Program-made: the position numbers and the translations under genes
Part shown: positions 48,140 to 57,950 of the stretch, piece by piece
Layout: each line of letters starts with the position of its first letter
Position numbering within the stretch: the stretch's first letter is position 1
Assembly (NCBI GenBank): GCA_033763455.1
Contig: JANRKO010000062.1
Coordinates: 64,001-128,000 of the forward strand
Length of the DNA: 64,000 nucleotides
Source of the DNA: Polyangiaceae bacterium
Lineage (GTDB): Bacteria; Myxococcota_A; Polyangia; Polyangiales; Polyangiaceae
Reading direction: 5' to 3'
The notes under the pieces: generated by a model
Seen by the model: only the letters and a program-made list of their open reading frames with translations
Told to the model about the DNA's origin: nothing
Databases searched by the model: none

Positions 48140-49957
48140 GTGAACCACCCTGCGAGGGTCGGGCTACTAACTCCCGTGCGCCATTGTTCCCCCCTTCTTG
48201 AGAAGCCGTTCTGGTGTTCGGCGCCGCTAGCAGTTGCCTGCGGCGTCGTAATTTTCGTCATTGGCTGCACCGGCCAGATCCCTGACAGAGCCGGTCCGAC
48301 CGAGGTCGGCGTCGGTGCTACCCCGCCGGGGTCCGGTTCAGGTGGCAACCCACCAGGCACCGTGCCTTCGGGCTCCGTAGGCATGCCTGGTGCCGCGGGG
48401 GCCACGGGTGGTGGGGCGAACATGGCCCCATGCGCGCCCGGTGCTGTGGTGCCCCTCCGTAGAATCACAGCTAAGCAATATGCGGGGAGTGTCAGGGACT
48501 TGTTTCGCGATAAAATTGCCCCCAGCGCAGCGTTTCCTGCGAGCGCCGTTTCGATCTCGCTGAGTGGCTTCAGTACAGATCCAGAATCCAACACTGTCAC
48601 CCAGCTCGCTGCCGAAGATATCTTGAAGGCTGCCGAAGACACCGCGGTCGAGGTGGCAACCAAGCTCACGGATCTTTTGCCCTGCGCCGCCAGCACGCCG
48701 GATATCGCGTGTGCCGGTCAATTCCTCGACGATTACGGTGCGCGGGCACTAAGACGCGGGTTAACGTCTGAGGAACGCTCCAGTTTGCTCAAAGTGCATA
48801 CTGGTTTTTCCGCGAACGGGTTCGACGTGGGCATTGCGGCAATGACCGAAACCTTGCTGCAGTTGCCGCAGTTTCTATACCTGGTCGAAATCGGACCGAG
48901 CGACGCTCCCTCAGGAGCTGTGCAGCTCACGCCGGACGAAATTGCAACACGCTTGTCGTACTTGCTCTGGGAAACACTGCCCGACGACAAGCTGACCTTG
49001 GCGGCGCGTTCCGGCGAATTAGGCACGCCCATGGGTATTCGCGCACAAGCTCTACGATTGCTCTCGGACGCTCGAGCCACGGGGACGATCCAGCGTTTCT
49101 TTCGTGAATGGACGAACTTCAAACAATTCCCCGCGAGCTCCAGGACGCCGCTTTATCCGGGCTTTTCTGAGATGCTTGAGGCTTCTATTCAGGCGCAGTT
49201 TGATGAATTTGCGAGTGAAAGCGTCCTTGGGCCCGATCCTTCCCTGGAGCATCTCTTCACAAGCAGCTCATTCCCCGTAGATGCGGAGCTCGCGAAGTTC
49301 TACGGGGTTGCTCAGCCTTCCGCGCCGGGGTTCTCAAACATGTCTCTCGGTGCCCCCCATGCGGCGGGTGTATTGGCGCTTCCGGCGCTCCTGGGCGGCT
49401 TGTCGCATGAGACGGTCACAAGTATCATTTTTCGCGGAAAATTCGGGTTAACTAAGCTGCTCTGCACTGATTTGCCGAGTCCGCCCGCAGGAGCTGCGAG
49501 CCAGGTACCCATGTTGCCCGCTGATGCGACTACACGACAGAAATCCGAAGCACTTCGTGCCAATCCTACGTGCGCGGCTTGCCACCATTTGATCGACAAC
49601 GTGGGGCTCGGGTTTGAAGATTTTGACGCCATCGGCCGGCACCGCACACAGGATGCCCTTGGCGGGCCTGTGGATTCCCTCGGTCAGTTGCCGAACGGGG
49701 TGGCTTTCAACGGAGTCGCCGAGCTCGGTGCGCTATTGGCAAAAGATCCTGCAGTTGAGCAGTGTTTGGCCAAGCAGTGGTTTCGATTCACGTTCAGTCG
49801 GCGCGAAGCTGAAGCCGATTCTTGCACGCTTACAAGCCTACAGAGTGCCTTGGGTGCGCCTGGGCACTCTCTGAAGGAGCTCATGCTGGCGATGGTCTCG
49901 CAGCCTGCGTTCTCCAACCGTTTCGTGCGAGATACTGCTACCGGAGGTACCCCGTGA
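48140..49957 (+). CDS. DUF1592/DUF1588 (PSD-domain) lipoprotein with one CxxCH heme motif
   Basis: Lipobox-like VIGC; LRRIT, PQFLYLVE, IATRLSYLLW, FRGKF, CAACH and GLGFEDFDAIG; start uncertain. Confidence 0.88.
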   Translation: MNHPARVGLLTPVRHCSPLLEKPFWCSAPLAVACGVVIFVIGCTGQIPDRAGPTEVGVGATPPGSGSGGNPPGTVPSGSVGMPGAAGATGGGANMAPCAPGAVVPLRRITAKQYAGSVRDLFRDKIAPSAAFPASAVSISLSGFSTDPESNTVTQLAAEDILKAAEDTAVEVATKLTDLLPCAASTPDIACAGQFLDDYGARALRRGLTSEERSSLLKVHTGFSANGFDVGIAAMTETLLQLPQFLYLVEIGPSDAPSGAVQLTPDEIATRLSYLLWETLPDDKLTLAARSGELGTPMGIRAQALRLLSDARATGTIQRFFREWTNFKQFPASSRTPLYPGFSEMLEASIQAQFDEFASESVLGPDPSLEHLFTSSSFPVDAELAKFYGVAQPSAPGFSNMSLGAPHAAGVLALPALLGGLSHETVTSIIFRGKFGLTKLLCTDLPSPPAGAASQVPMLPADATTRQKSEALRANPTCAACHHLIDNVGLGFEDFDAIGRHRTQDALGGPVDSLGQLPNGVAFNGVAELGALLAKDPAVEQCLAKQWFRFTFSRREAEADSCTLTSLQSALGAPGHSLKELMLAMVSQPAFSNRFVRDTATGGTP

Positions 49958-51348
49958 GCCAACGTTCCTCAATTCTTCGGCGTGAATTTCTACGTGGCGC
50001 AGGCGGCGTTGCCATTGGTCTGCCGTTCCTTTCGCAGACTCAACGTTCGGTTCAAGCAGCTCCAGGGTCTCATCCTCAGCGGCTGGTGGTAGTTTTTCAC
50101 GGCGAGGGCACCATGCTTGATCGCTTCACACCCACCTCTGTGGGCTCCAACTTCGAGCTTTCGCCGCTGCTACAACCCCTAACCACCCACAAGCAGAAGC
50201 TCACGGTCATAAGTGGGCTGGATAACAAGGTTGCCTCAGCCATGGGCGGCAATGGTCACAACAAGGCTGGCCGCTCCATCGTTACCGCTCAAACGTTTTC
50301 CAACGCACCCAATGGCGGCGGGGATAACGGGGATGCCAATGGCCCTTCCATTGATCAAGTAATTGCTAGCCGTATTCAAGAGGCTACAAGGCTAAAATCT
50401 GTTGGCCTCGGTATTTCATGCTCTGGGGTTGGCGAGTATCAGATCTTCTACGCGGGCAAAGACGATCCTGTTTCACTCCAAAACAATCCACTCACGGCAT
50501 TCGACAGCCTTTTTTCGAGCTTACCCATGGGTGGCGCGCCGGCCCCCGCTCCCACGCTCACGCTTCGCGACCGCTTGCGGGCAGGGCGTGGCAGCATTTT
50601 GGACACTGTGGCCCAGAATTTTGATGCTCTGGTGAAGCGCGTCGGCAAAGAAGATAGAGACCGCCTAGTGCTACACGCCGAAAAGATCCGCGAGCTCGAG
50701 CGCCTTTCGAGCAGCGTGAGCATGCCACCTTCACCGGGTGCTGCGTGTGGCCGGCCTGACCTCGGGTTGGCGCAGGGGTTCAACGTGTGCGATGCCGATC
50801 AGGAGCCGCTAGTTGCCAAGGCACAAATGAAGAACGCCGCAATGGCACTTGCCTGTGATGTCACACGGGTCGCGACCGTACAATTCACCGATTACGATAG
50901 CCCTCGCTTTAGTTTTCTCGGCAAAGGGATCCCTGGGGATTATTCGAACTGGCACGCGATGATCCATCGTGACGGTGGCCTGAAGCCCGGCCGTGACGAC
51001 ATGGTGTTTGCAGGCATGAGCTACTATTCATCGCAAGTTGCCCTGCTTCTGGATGAGCTAGCAGCCATCGACGACGGTGACGGCCAGACGTTGCTCGACA
51101 ATACTTTGGTGCTGTGGATTAGTGAGTTTGGAGAAGGTGGGAGCCACGATACCAGTCAAATTCCGGTAGTGTTAGCCGGCGGCGCGGGAGGCAAATTGAA
51201 AACAGGGCAGCACCTGAGCTTCGCCAACCAAAACCGAACCACCAATGATCTTTTCGTAACTATGCTCAACATATTCGGCGGCACCGATACGAGTTTTGGA
51301 TTTGGCGGTAGTGATCTGAACAAAGGGCCGCTGCCCGGAATCGCCTAG
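49954..51348 (+). CDS. DUF1552 (HXXSHH) Tat-exported protein
   Basis: Tat leader RREFLRGAGGVAIGLPFL; SIDQ, ALACDVTRVA, WHAMIH, LLDNTLVLW and IPVVLAGGAGG; GTGA overlap. Confidence 0.92.
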   Translation: MSQRSSILRREFLRGAGGVAIGLPFLSQTQRSVQAAPGSHPQRLVVVFHGEGTMLDRFTPTSVGSNFELSPLLQPLTTHKQKLTVISGLDNKVASAMGGNGHNKAGRSIVTAQTFSNAPNGGGDNGDANGPSIDQVIASRIQEATRLKSVGLGISCSGVGEYQIFYAGKDDPVSLQNNPLTAFDSLFSSLPMGGAPAPAPTLTLRDRLRAGRGSILDTVAQNFDALVKRVGKEDRDRLVLHAEKIRELERLSSSVSMPPSPGAACGRPDLGLAQGFNVCDADQEPLVAKAQMKNAAMALACDVTRVATVQFTDYDSPRFSFLGKGIPGDYSNWHAMIHRDGGLKPGRDDMVFAGMSYYSSQVALLLDELAAIDDGDGQTLLDNTLVLWISEFGEGGSHDTSQIPVVLAGGAGGKLKTGQHLSFANQNRTTNDLFVTMLNIFGGTDTSFGFGGSDLNKGPLPGIA

Positions 51349-51350
51349 AG

Positions 51351-51716
51351 CTAACCTTTAGGCTTCAGCACTGACGCGTAAGCCTTCTCGTCGAAGCCCA
51401 CGAGAACTTCGCGGCCGGTGTCCAATATGGGGCGTTTGATGAGCTTGCCGTCTTTGGCCAGCTCGGAAAATGCCTCCGCCTCACTCATGGTCTTCAGGCG
51501 TTCCTTGAAGTTGCCCGCTCGGTAGCTTTCTCCAGAGGTGTTGAAGAACTTCGCGATCGGAAGAAGGCTTCTCCGCTTCAGATCTTTGAGTACCGAGACG
51601 GACGGCGGCGTGAGCACCAGATCGGTAGCGTCGGCAGCAATCTGCCTGTCCGAAAGCCATCTCGCGGCTTTTCGGCAGGTGCTGCACTTCGGATATTGGT
51701 AGAGCTTGAGAGCCAT
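51351..51716 (-). CDS. ArsC/Spx family thioredoxin-fold protein
   Basis: YPKCSTCRKA, FFNTSG, LIKRPIL and VGF. Confidence 0.9.
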   Translation of the reverse strand: MALKLYQYPKCSTCRKAARWLSDRQIAADATDLVLTPPSVSVLKDLKRRSLLPIAKFFNTSGESYRAGNFKERLKTMSEAEAFSELAKDGKLIKRPILDTGREVLVGFDEKAYASVLKPKG

Positions 51717-51755
51717 AGCTGGAGCAGGGCGACCTTTCGGTGTGGAGTAGTAGCA

Positions 51756-52838
51756 CTATTTCTTCGGGCGCTCCAACCAACCGCGCAGATAGAAAAACCC
51801 TGTAAGCAACAGCGCCACGACAGCCATTAGACCCAGCGAGAACGGATAGCCGTAGCGCCAGCGCAACTCGGGCATATTCCAGGGGGAGCTTGCTGGGTCA
51901 AAGTTCATTCCGTACACACCTGCAACGAAGGTGAGGGGAATGAAGATAGTGGAGATGAGCGTGAGAAATCGCATCACGGAGTTGGTGCGATCCGCCGCGA
52001 GCGAAAGGTAAAGATCCAGAAGGGAAGCGGCTAAATCGCGCTGGCTTTCTACGGTGTCGAGGAGGCGATTAGCGTGATCGTAGCAATCTCGCAGGTAAGG
52101 CAACGTTTCGGTATCGAAGAGCTGAAGGTCATTGCGCTGAAGGGAACTCACGACGTCGCGTGTTGGCCGCAAAATGCGCTTTAGTAGCAGCACCTGCTGT
52201 TTGGTTGCAAGCACGCGCTCGGGAGCGTCTTTGGTGAGGCGCTTGACGATTTGTGTCTCCAGGGAATCAAGCCGTTCGTCGAGCCAATCGCATATTGGAA
52301 AGTAGTGGTCGATCACGGTGTCTACCAGGGCATACGCCAAATAATCTGCCTTCTTTTGCCTCAATACGCCGCGATTGCTCCGCAGCCTCTCGCGCAGAGC
52401 TTCCAGGCAATCGCCCGGACGATCTCCCTGAAAGCTGATCAAAAATCCGCGCCCCAGGAAAAGCGACAACTGCTCGGTAGCCAGGCTGCCAGAGGCTTCA
52501 TGTAGCATGCGCATGACCACGAATAAATGATCGTCGTAAGCTTCCACTTTAGGGCGTTGACCTAAGTTTACTACATCCTCCAGTGCCAAAGGGTGCAAGC
52601 CCAGTTGGTCGCGAAAAAACTCCAGCGTTTTGATGTCGCCGGGGCCGTCTAAGTTGAGCCACACCACCGGCCACTGTTTGAGCAAGTCTGGAATTTCCTG
52701 CACGTCTTCGAGCACGCATTCGAGAAGGTCCGTTTCCGAATAGGCAAATGCCGTGATCTTCGAAGGGGTGTTGCCCACACAAGCATGAAAATCTCCAGCC
52801 GGGCGTGATTCACGAGCTTTGGTCTGGATGCGTTGCAT
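51756..52838 (-). CDS. corA: Magnesium/cobalt transporter CorA
   Basis: LHPLALED, QRPKVE, YLRDCYDH, YGMNF and MPEL signatures. Confidence 0.95.
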   Translation of the reverse strand: MQRIQTKARESRPAGDFHACVGNTPSKITAFAYSETDLLECVLEDVQEIPDLLKQWPVVWLNLDGPGDIKTLEFFRDQLGLHPLALEDVVNLGQRPKVEAYDDHLFVVMRMLHEASGSLATEQLSLFLGRGFLISFQGDRPGDCLEALRERLRSNRGVLRQKKADYLAYALVDTVIDHYFPICDWLDERLDSLETQIVKRLTKDAPERVLATKQQVLLLKRILRPTRDVVSSLQRNDLQLFDTETLPYLRDCYDHANRLLDTVESQRDLAASLLDLYLSLAADRTNSVMRFLTLISTIFIPLTFVAGVYGMNFDPASSPWNMPELRWRYGYPFSLGLMAVVALLLTGFFYLRGWLERPKK

Positions 52839-53109
52839 TCGAAGGTCCTAACCGATAATTTCTCTGCAGCTCAATTCGTCGCGTGTTCAGGCTAAGAGGG
52901 GCGCGGCCGCCGTTCAACCATGCCCGTCGATGATGGTGCAAAGCTTGAGCCGATCCGCTGTTTTTGCCAAAATGTCCTGTATGCACAAAGTGGGTGTTGC
53001 TCTCGGCTCGGTGCTTGTCCCTGCTGCTCGTGAGACAGCCACGGCTCAAGTTGTGAACCGTGTTAGCTACGTGAAGCCGGGTGCCGGTTGCTCGTGAACG
53101 CGAGGTCGC

Positions 53110-53844
53110 TCAATCTCCCTTGTACTTGAGCCATTGCGCCCTCTCCTCAGCCGATAGATGTTCTGTGGCATAACGCAGTGCCGTTCGAGGCATTTTGTTC
53201 GCGTGCTTTTTCAAGAAGGCGCGCAAGTGCTGAACCCCCACGTTCTTGCCAGCCTCCCGCAACATCCAGCCAACCGCCTTATGAATGAGATCTTCTTTGT
53301 CGGAAAGGAGCAGCTCAGAGATAGCAAAGGTTTCTCGGTGCTGGCCGTGTCGCAGAAATTCAAAGGTGGCGATGATGGCAATGCGGCGTTCCCACAATGA
53401 GCGCGAACGCGCTAGTTTGAGCAGGAGCTTTCGGTCTTTGTTTAATAGCCAGTGGCCAAGAATGTGAGGCGCGCTCGAATCCACGAGGTCCCAATTGTTG
53501 ATGCGTGAGGTGTTCGCGAGGTAAAGCTTGGCAATTTCGGCTTGCTGCTCGGCTGAGCCCCGTTCGAATTGATGAACGAGGATCAATAGCGCCGTGAGGC
53601 GTGCTTCGTGCAGTTTGGAATGCAGGAGCTTCAGCGTTTCCCGTGGAGGCAGCTCTGCGAATTTTCGTGCAACGCTGCGCTGGTTGGGCACGGTGACGCC
53701 CATGAATACGTCCCCTTCACCGTATTGGCCCTTGCCTGTCTTGAAGAACCACTGGGAATTAGCCGCGCGTTTCGGCTCCGCAAAGTGGCTCAGGTGTGAG
53801 AGCACGGTGGCAGCATTGAGCTTTGCAGAAGCGGTTTTGGGCAC
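53110..53844 (-). CDS. DNA alkylation repair protein (AlkD-like HEAT-repeat glycosylase family)
   Basis: FFKTGKGQYGEGD, NNWDLVDSSA, DLIHKAVGWMLRE and MPRTALRYA. Confidence 0.9.
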   Translation of the reverse strand: MPKTASAKLNAATVLSHLSHFAEPKRAANSQWFFKTGKGQYGEGDVFMGVTVPNQRSVARKFAELPPRETLKLLHSKLHEARLTALLILVHQFERGSAEQQAEIAKLYLANTSRINNWDLVDSSAPHILGHWLLNKDRKLLLKLARSRSLWERRIAIIATFEFLRHGQHRETFAISELLLSDKEDLIHKAVGWMLREAGKNVGVQHLRAFLKKHANKMPRTALRYATEHLSAEERAQWLKYKGD

Positions 53845-54112
53845 GTCGGAGTTCTTTTTTCGGTGGTTGGCCGTTGTGCACGAGCTGCTTTATGGAGCGC
53901 AGCGGCGAGCGTAGGCTAGGGCGGTCATGAGGCGTAGCCAAGGTGTGCTCGGCGGGTAGCTCGGCGCACGGCGCTAATTTTGCGCGCTCTTGCCGCGATG
54001 CGAACGTTTGCGCGGTGAGGCTCCGCGCCTTGCGTGGGCCGTAGATATTGTGTTCATGTGGAGGCCGGTTGAGAGCTGCCACGTGGTTTGCGGTTGTGTC
54101 GGTTGGTGGGGC

Positions 54113-54643
54113 ATGAGTCAGTGGCGAAAGAAGTGGGCCCTCGCGCTCGCTCTTGCCATTGGCATCGGCACCGGTATTGGGGCCTACACGTTTAGGTATG
54201 CGGAGGGGCTTTCCTATTTCAGCAAAGATCCTAGAGCGTGCGCCAATTGCCACATCATGCAGCAGTCCTATTCATCGTGGCAGATGGCGGGGCACCACAC
54301 CGTGGCCGCTTGCGCGGATTGCCACCTGCCGCATGAGACCATTGCCAAATACCTAGCGAAGGCAGACAACGGCTGGCGGCACTCCCGCGCTTTTACCACG
54401 GGGAACTTTCCGGAACCGCTAGAGATGATACCTAGAAGTCGCGCGATTCTGGAGAAGACCTGCCAAGGCTGCCACGAGGGTTTGGTGCAGGGAATGCTCA
54501 GCCAGGGCAACGAGGCGCCTGCGTGTTTGCACTGCCATAGCGATGTTGGCCACGGGGAACGCCTTGGCCTTGGGGGGCCTTTTGGTTCGACCGCTCTTGA
54601 AGCGCGGCAAATGCCTGCGCACGGCGTGAAACGGAAACCATGA
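54113..54643 (+). CDS. nrfH: Cytochrome c nitrite reductase small subunit (tetraheme)
   Basis: N-terminal TM helix and four heme motifs CANCHIM, CADCH, CQGCH and CLHCH; coupled to nrfA. Confidence 0.92.
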   Translation: MSQWRKKWALALALAIGIGTGIGAYTFRYAEGLSYFSKDPRACANCHIMQQSYSSWQMAGHHTVAACADCHLPHETIAKYLAKADNGWRHSRAFTTGNFPEPLEMIPRSRAILEKTCQGCHEGLVQGMLSQGNEAPACLHCHSDVGHGERLGLGGPFGSTALEARQMPAHGVKRKP

Positions 54644-56115
54644 CGACGGACAATAAAAGCCCAAGCTCAATCGCTCCAACCAGGCGCTGGTTGCTACCTT
54701 TGGCGACCCTTTCGGCAGCGGTTGTGGCTGCGCTCGTGACCGCCCTGCTCACCAATATTTTCGAGCACAAGGTGGAGCAGCAACAGGCTTGGGTCCGCGT
54801 GGTAAACGTCACGGAAAACGATACTGACCCGCTAAAGTGGGCTCCCAATTGGCCCGCCGAATACGACGGCTACAAACGCACGGCTTTGCCTACCAAGACT
54901 CGTTTTGGGGGGCACGGTGGTAGCGAAGCCTTGCCAGAAGAAAAGCTCACGCGTGATCCTTGGCTCAAACGCATGTTTCTCGGCTACGCTTTCTCGCTGG
55001 ATTATCGCGATCGGCGAGGCCATGCCTACATGCTGAGCGACCAAGAAGCTTCGCTTCGGCTAACCAAACCACAATCCGGCTCCTGCTTACACTGCCACGC
55101 GTCTATCATGCCGCTCTATCGCGAGCTTGGTAATGGCGACGCCATGCTGGGCTTGGAGAGGAGCTCTGCGTTCTCTTACGAGGAGTTAAATCAGAAGTTG
55201 CGCGCTTCGGGCCACGCCCATCCGGTAAGCTGCGTTGATTGCCACGACCCGAAATCCATGTCGTTGCGGGTTACGCGGCCGGGCTTCTTGCGGGCAATTT
55301 CCGAGTTTGCGAATTCTGACGGCGAAGCTCAGGCCTTCCCTTCAATACAAGAGTGGCGCGTCGGAAAACGAGAAAAACCCTACGATCCGAACACCGACGC
55401 ACGCCGTTCGGAAATGCGCTCTTTTGTGTGCGGGCAGTGCCACGTTGAATATTACTGCGGCAAAAAAATGCCCCTCACATTCCCCTGGCAGAAAGGCTTA
55501 ACCGCTGACGCCATCGAAGCGGTGTGGAACGAGACGACATTCAAAGACGGTACGCCGTTTTCTGATTTCGAGCACGCTGAGACGGGAGCCAAAGTGCTGA
55601 AAGCGCAGCACCCTGAGTTCGAGCTCTGGAGCCAAGGTATCCACGCACAAAGCGGAGTTTCCTGTGCCGATTGCCATATGCCCTACCAGCGCGAAGGCGC
55701 CACCAAAACGAGCGACCACTGGGTGCGCAGCCCCCTGCTCAATGTGAACCGCGCCTGTCAAACTTGTCATCGCGCATCGGAGACGGAAATGCTTCGCCGT
55801 GTAGATGTGATCCAGCAGCGGACATATGAGCTTCTGCAACGCGGGGGTAGGGCAATGGTGGACCTTTTGGACGCGATCATGCTTGCGAAGAAGGCTGGCG
55901 TCCCTGAGGCGGAGCTTGCCCAAGCTCTGCTTCTTCAGCGCCAAGCCCAGTGGCGCCTCGATTACGTGGCTGCAGAAAATAGCATGGGTTTTCATGCCCC
56001 ACAGGAGGCCGCGCGCCTGTTGGCGGTGGCAATCGATCAGGCTCGCCAGGGGCAACTCAGTGCGCTCTCAGCTCGGGCCGCTCACGAACTTACCGGCAAA
56101 CCGGAGGTGCCGTAG
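54640..56115 (+). CDS. nrfA: Ammonia-forming cytochrome c nitrite reductase catalytic subunit (CXXCH-type)
   Basis: RGHAY; five heme motifs CLHCH, CVDCH, CGQCH, CADCH and [13 protein letters not shown] and ENSMGFHAP. Confidence 0.93.
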   Translation: MTTDNKSPSSIAPTRRWLLPLATLSAAVVAALVTALLTNIFEHKVEQQQAWVRVVNVTENDTDPLKWAPNWPAEYDGYKRTALPTKTRFGGHGGSEALPEEKLTRDPWLKRMFLGYAFSLDYRDRRGHAYMLSDQEASLRLTKPQSGSCLHCHASIMPLYRELGNGDAMLGLERSSAFSYEELNQKLRASGHAHPVSCVDCHDPKSMSLRVTRPGFLRAISEFANSDGEAQAFPSIQEWRVGKREKPYDPNTDARRSEMRSFVCGQCHVEYYCGKKMPLTFPWQKGLTADAIEAVWNETTFKDGTPFSDFEHAETGAKVLKAQHPEFELWSQGIHAQSGVSCADCHMPYQREGATKTSDHWVRSPLLNVNRACQTCHRASETEMLRRVDVIQQRTYELLQRGGRAMVDLLDAIMLAKKAGVPEAELAQALLLQRQAQWRLDYVAAENSMGFHAPQEAARLLAVAIDQARQGQLSALSARAAHELTGKPEVP

Positions 56116-56128
56116 ATGAAACTCGCTA

Positions 56129-56150
56129 TGCATCCTCTGTTGAGGGTGCA
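56129..56150 (+). terminator. Stem-loop after nrfA
   Basis: TGCATCCTC-TGTT-GAGGGTGCA forms a 9-bp stem with one G-U pair, 13 nt after the stop; no U-tract. Confidence 0.35.
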
Positions 56151-56304
56151 GCTAGGGCCCGTACGGAAGTCGGGTTCGACGTATAAGAAGGTGCGATGCT
56201 GCGTGTCGCAGTTCATCTAAAATCGCGAGGAATTTGTGGGTGTGTGAGAGTGCGAACTAACGCATCATCTGGTGGCGATCATGGCAAAGTGGCAACCAGT
56301 GAGC

Positions 56305-57531
56305 ATGAGAAACAGCTCCGCCCCGAGTGTTGTGATACTGATAAGTTTGTCAGGCTTTATGGTCGTGGCCTCTTGCAGCTCCGGGGGGCCGAACGTTCCT
56401 TATGCTCCGGACCTCAGTTCAGCGACGAGCGTCGGGGGGGCCGTTGCAGGTCTGCCGTTAGGTCCTGTGCAGAAGGTAACCGGGGGGGGTGCTGGCGTAA
56501 ACACGGTTCCAACTTCCACGCTTGGAACGGGCGGTGCTCCGAGGCAACCTTCCAGCGGCGGTGCGCCAGCCGTGAACCCGAATACCTCACAGACTGGTGG
56601 GAAATCCCCGGGGAGCGGTGGAACGAACCAAAATGTTGGCTCTGGCGGAGCGTCGAGTACCTGCGTGGATACCCCGCCTCCCAACGGTGACACCTGCGCG
56701 CATGCGTTGGAATACGGTTGGTGTGGCTTGCCATGGATGAATGGCGCGTGTGCTGCCTCCTGTGGCATCTGCACCGGAGGTGGTGACGCTGGTACGGGCG
56801 GCGCACCTACCACGGGCGGCTCCTCCAACTCCGGCAATCCGGAGCTGCCGCCTCCCATCGAAGGAGGTACGCCTGCGTGGGCCTCACGCTATTGGGATTG
56901 CTGTAAGCCTGCGTGTGGCTGGAGCGACAACGTTGCCAGCAAGACCGCGATGAAGAGTTGCAACTTCCAAAATCAGAGCATCGGTGCCACTAACGCGGCC
57001 AGTGCGTGTCAAGGCGGCGGGGCTTACATGTGCTGGGATGGCGTGCCTTGGGCCGCGAGCGACAAGTTGGCTTACGGTTATGCCGCCGCTTCGGGGAGCA
57101 ACTACAGCTGCGGACGCTGCTATCAGCTTCAGTTTACTGGAACGGGTAAACACGGAAACACCCCCGGCACCGCGTCTTTGAGCGGCAAGACCATGATCGT
57201 GCAGGTCGTGAACAATGGCGGCGTGGCCGCGGATCAATTCGATATCTTGATCCCTGGGGGCGGCGTTGGAGACTTCAACGCCTGCTCGGCTCAGTGGGGC
57301 ACCTCTGATTTGGGTGCCCAATACGGAGGCTTCCTGACCGCTTGCGGCGGACAGAGCTCATGCGTTGCCGCGAAGTGCCAGAGTGTCTTCGCCGGCAAAC
57401 CCGAACTCCTGGCGGGTTGCCAGTGGTTCCTCGGATGGTATGGGGCGGCCGACAATCCCAACCTCGTGTACAAGCAGGTCGCGTGCCCGAGCGCTATACT
57501 ACAGAGATCTGGATTGCCGGACCCTGGCTGA
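56305..57531 (+). CDS. GH45 endoglucanase, lipoprotein with Gly-rich linker and small Cys-rich module
   Basis: SRYWDCCKPACGW, CGRCYQLQFT, GKTMIVQ, FDILIPGGGVG and GCQW; lipobox-like VASC; start uncertain. Confidence 0.9.
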   Translation: MRNSSAPSVVILISLSGFMVVASCSSGGPNVPYAPDLSSATSVGGAVAGLPLGPVQKVTGGGAGVNTVPTSTLGTGGAPRQPSSGGAPAVNPNTSQTGGKSPGSGGTNQNVGSGGASSTCVDTPPPNGDTCAHALEYGWCGLPWMNGACAASCGICTGGGDAGTGGAPTTGGSSNSGNPELPPPIEGGTPAWASRYWDCCKPACGWSDNVASKTAMKSCNFQNQSIGATNAASACQGGGAYMCWDGVPWAASDKLAYGYAAASGSNYSCGRCYQLQFTGTGKHGNTPGTASLSGKTMIVQVVNNGGVAADQFDILIPGGGVGDFNACSAQWGTSDLGAQYGGFLTACGGQSSCVAAKCQSVFAGKPELLAGCQWFLGWYGAADNPNLVYKQVACPSAILQRSGLPDPG

Positions 57532-57556
57532 GGCGTTTGAGTGCGGGGGACCGCTC

Positions 57557-57736
57557 TTATTGGAAAATGGAGGGCTGCGGCTCTGGCGCAGGTGCCGGAG
57601 CGGGCTCTTCGCCTTTCTTCTTTTTCTTGCCGCCGTCGCAAAGGGTATCCGCGACTGGGGAAGGGGTTGCGGCTTGAGCCAAACCGGAGATCGAAAGCAT
57701 AAGGGCGCTGAGGCCGAGGACAGAGAGTTTCTTCAT
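57557..57736 (-). CDS. Small secreted protein, 59 aa (below ORF-track cutoff)
   Basis: Hand translation MKKLSVLGLSALMLSISGLAQAATPSPVADTLCDGGKKKKKGEEPAPAPAPEPQPSIFQ*. It has a classic Sec signal ending AQA, and TTGACA lies at 57775-57770 upstream on the minus strand. Confidence 0.7.
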   Translation of the reverse strand: MKKLSVLGLSALMLSISGLAQAATPSPVADTLCDGGKKKKKGEEPAPAPAPEPQPSIFQ

Positions 57737-57950
57737 GGTGGTCTAATGTGTGGGGTGGGAAGGGGAGGGTGTCAAGGGGGCCCGTCGCGCCTGTGGACGG
57801 CTGGCTTTAGTTCGTGCCGAGGTTTGTGGCCACGGCTTCGATAGGCCTGGGTCGAAAGGCCGACTGTCTGCGGGAGGCGTTCTGAAGGTGCCACCGTCAC
57901 CGGTTAGCTAGCTGTGCTGGCCCGAGTGCTGATCTATCGTTGCCGGTCGA

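Noticed and set aside
52839..53109. Mg-sensing (M-box) riboswitch upstream of corA
   Set aside because: No recognisable conserved riboswitch sequence by eye; an Rfam/Infernal scan would be needed.
57850..57861. GGTC-GAAA-GGCC tetraloop hairpin upstream of the ATP-grasp operon as part of a riboswitch
   Set aside because: Only a 4-bp stem, and the flanks do not match c-di-GMP, glycine or SAM riboswitch consensus.
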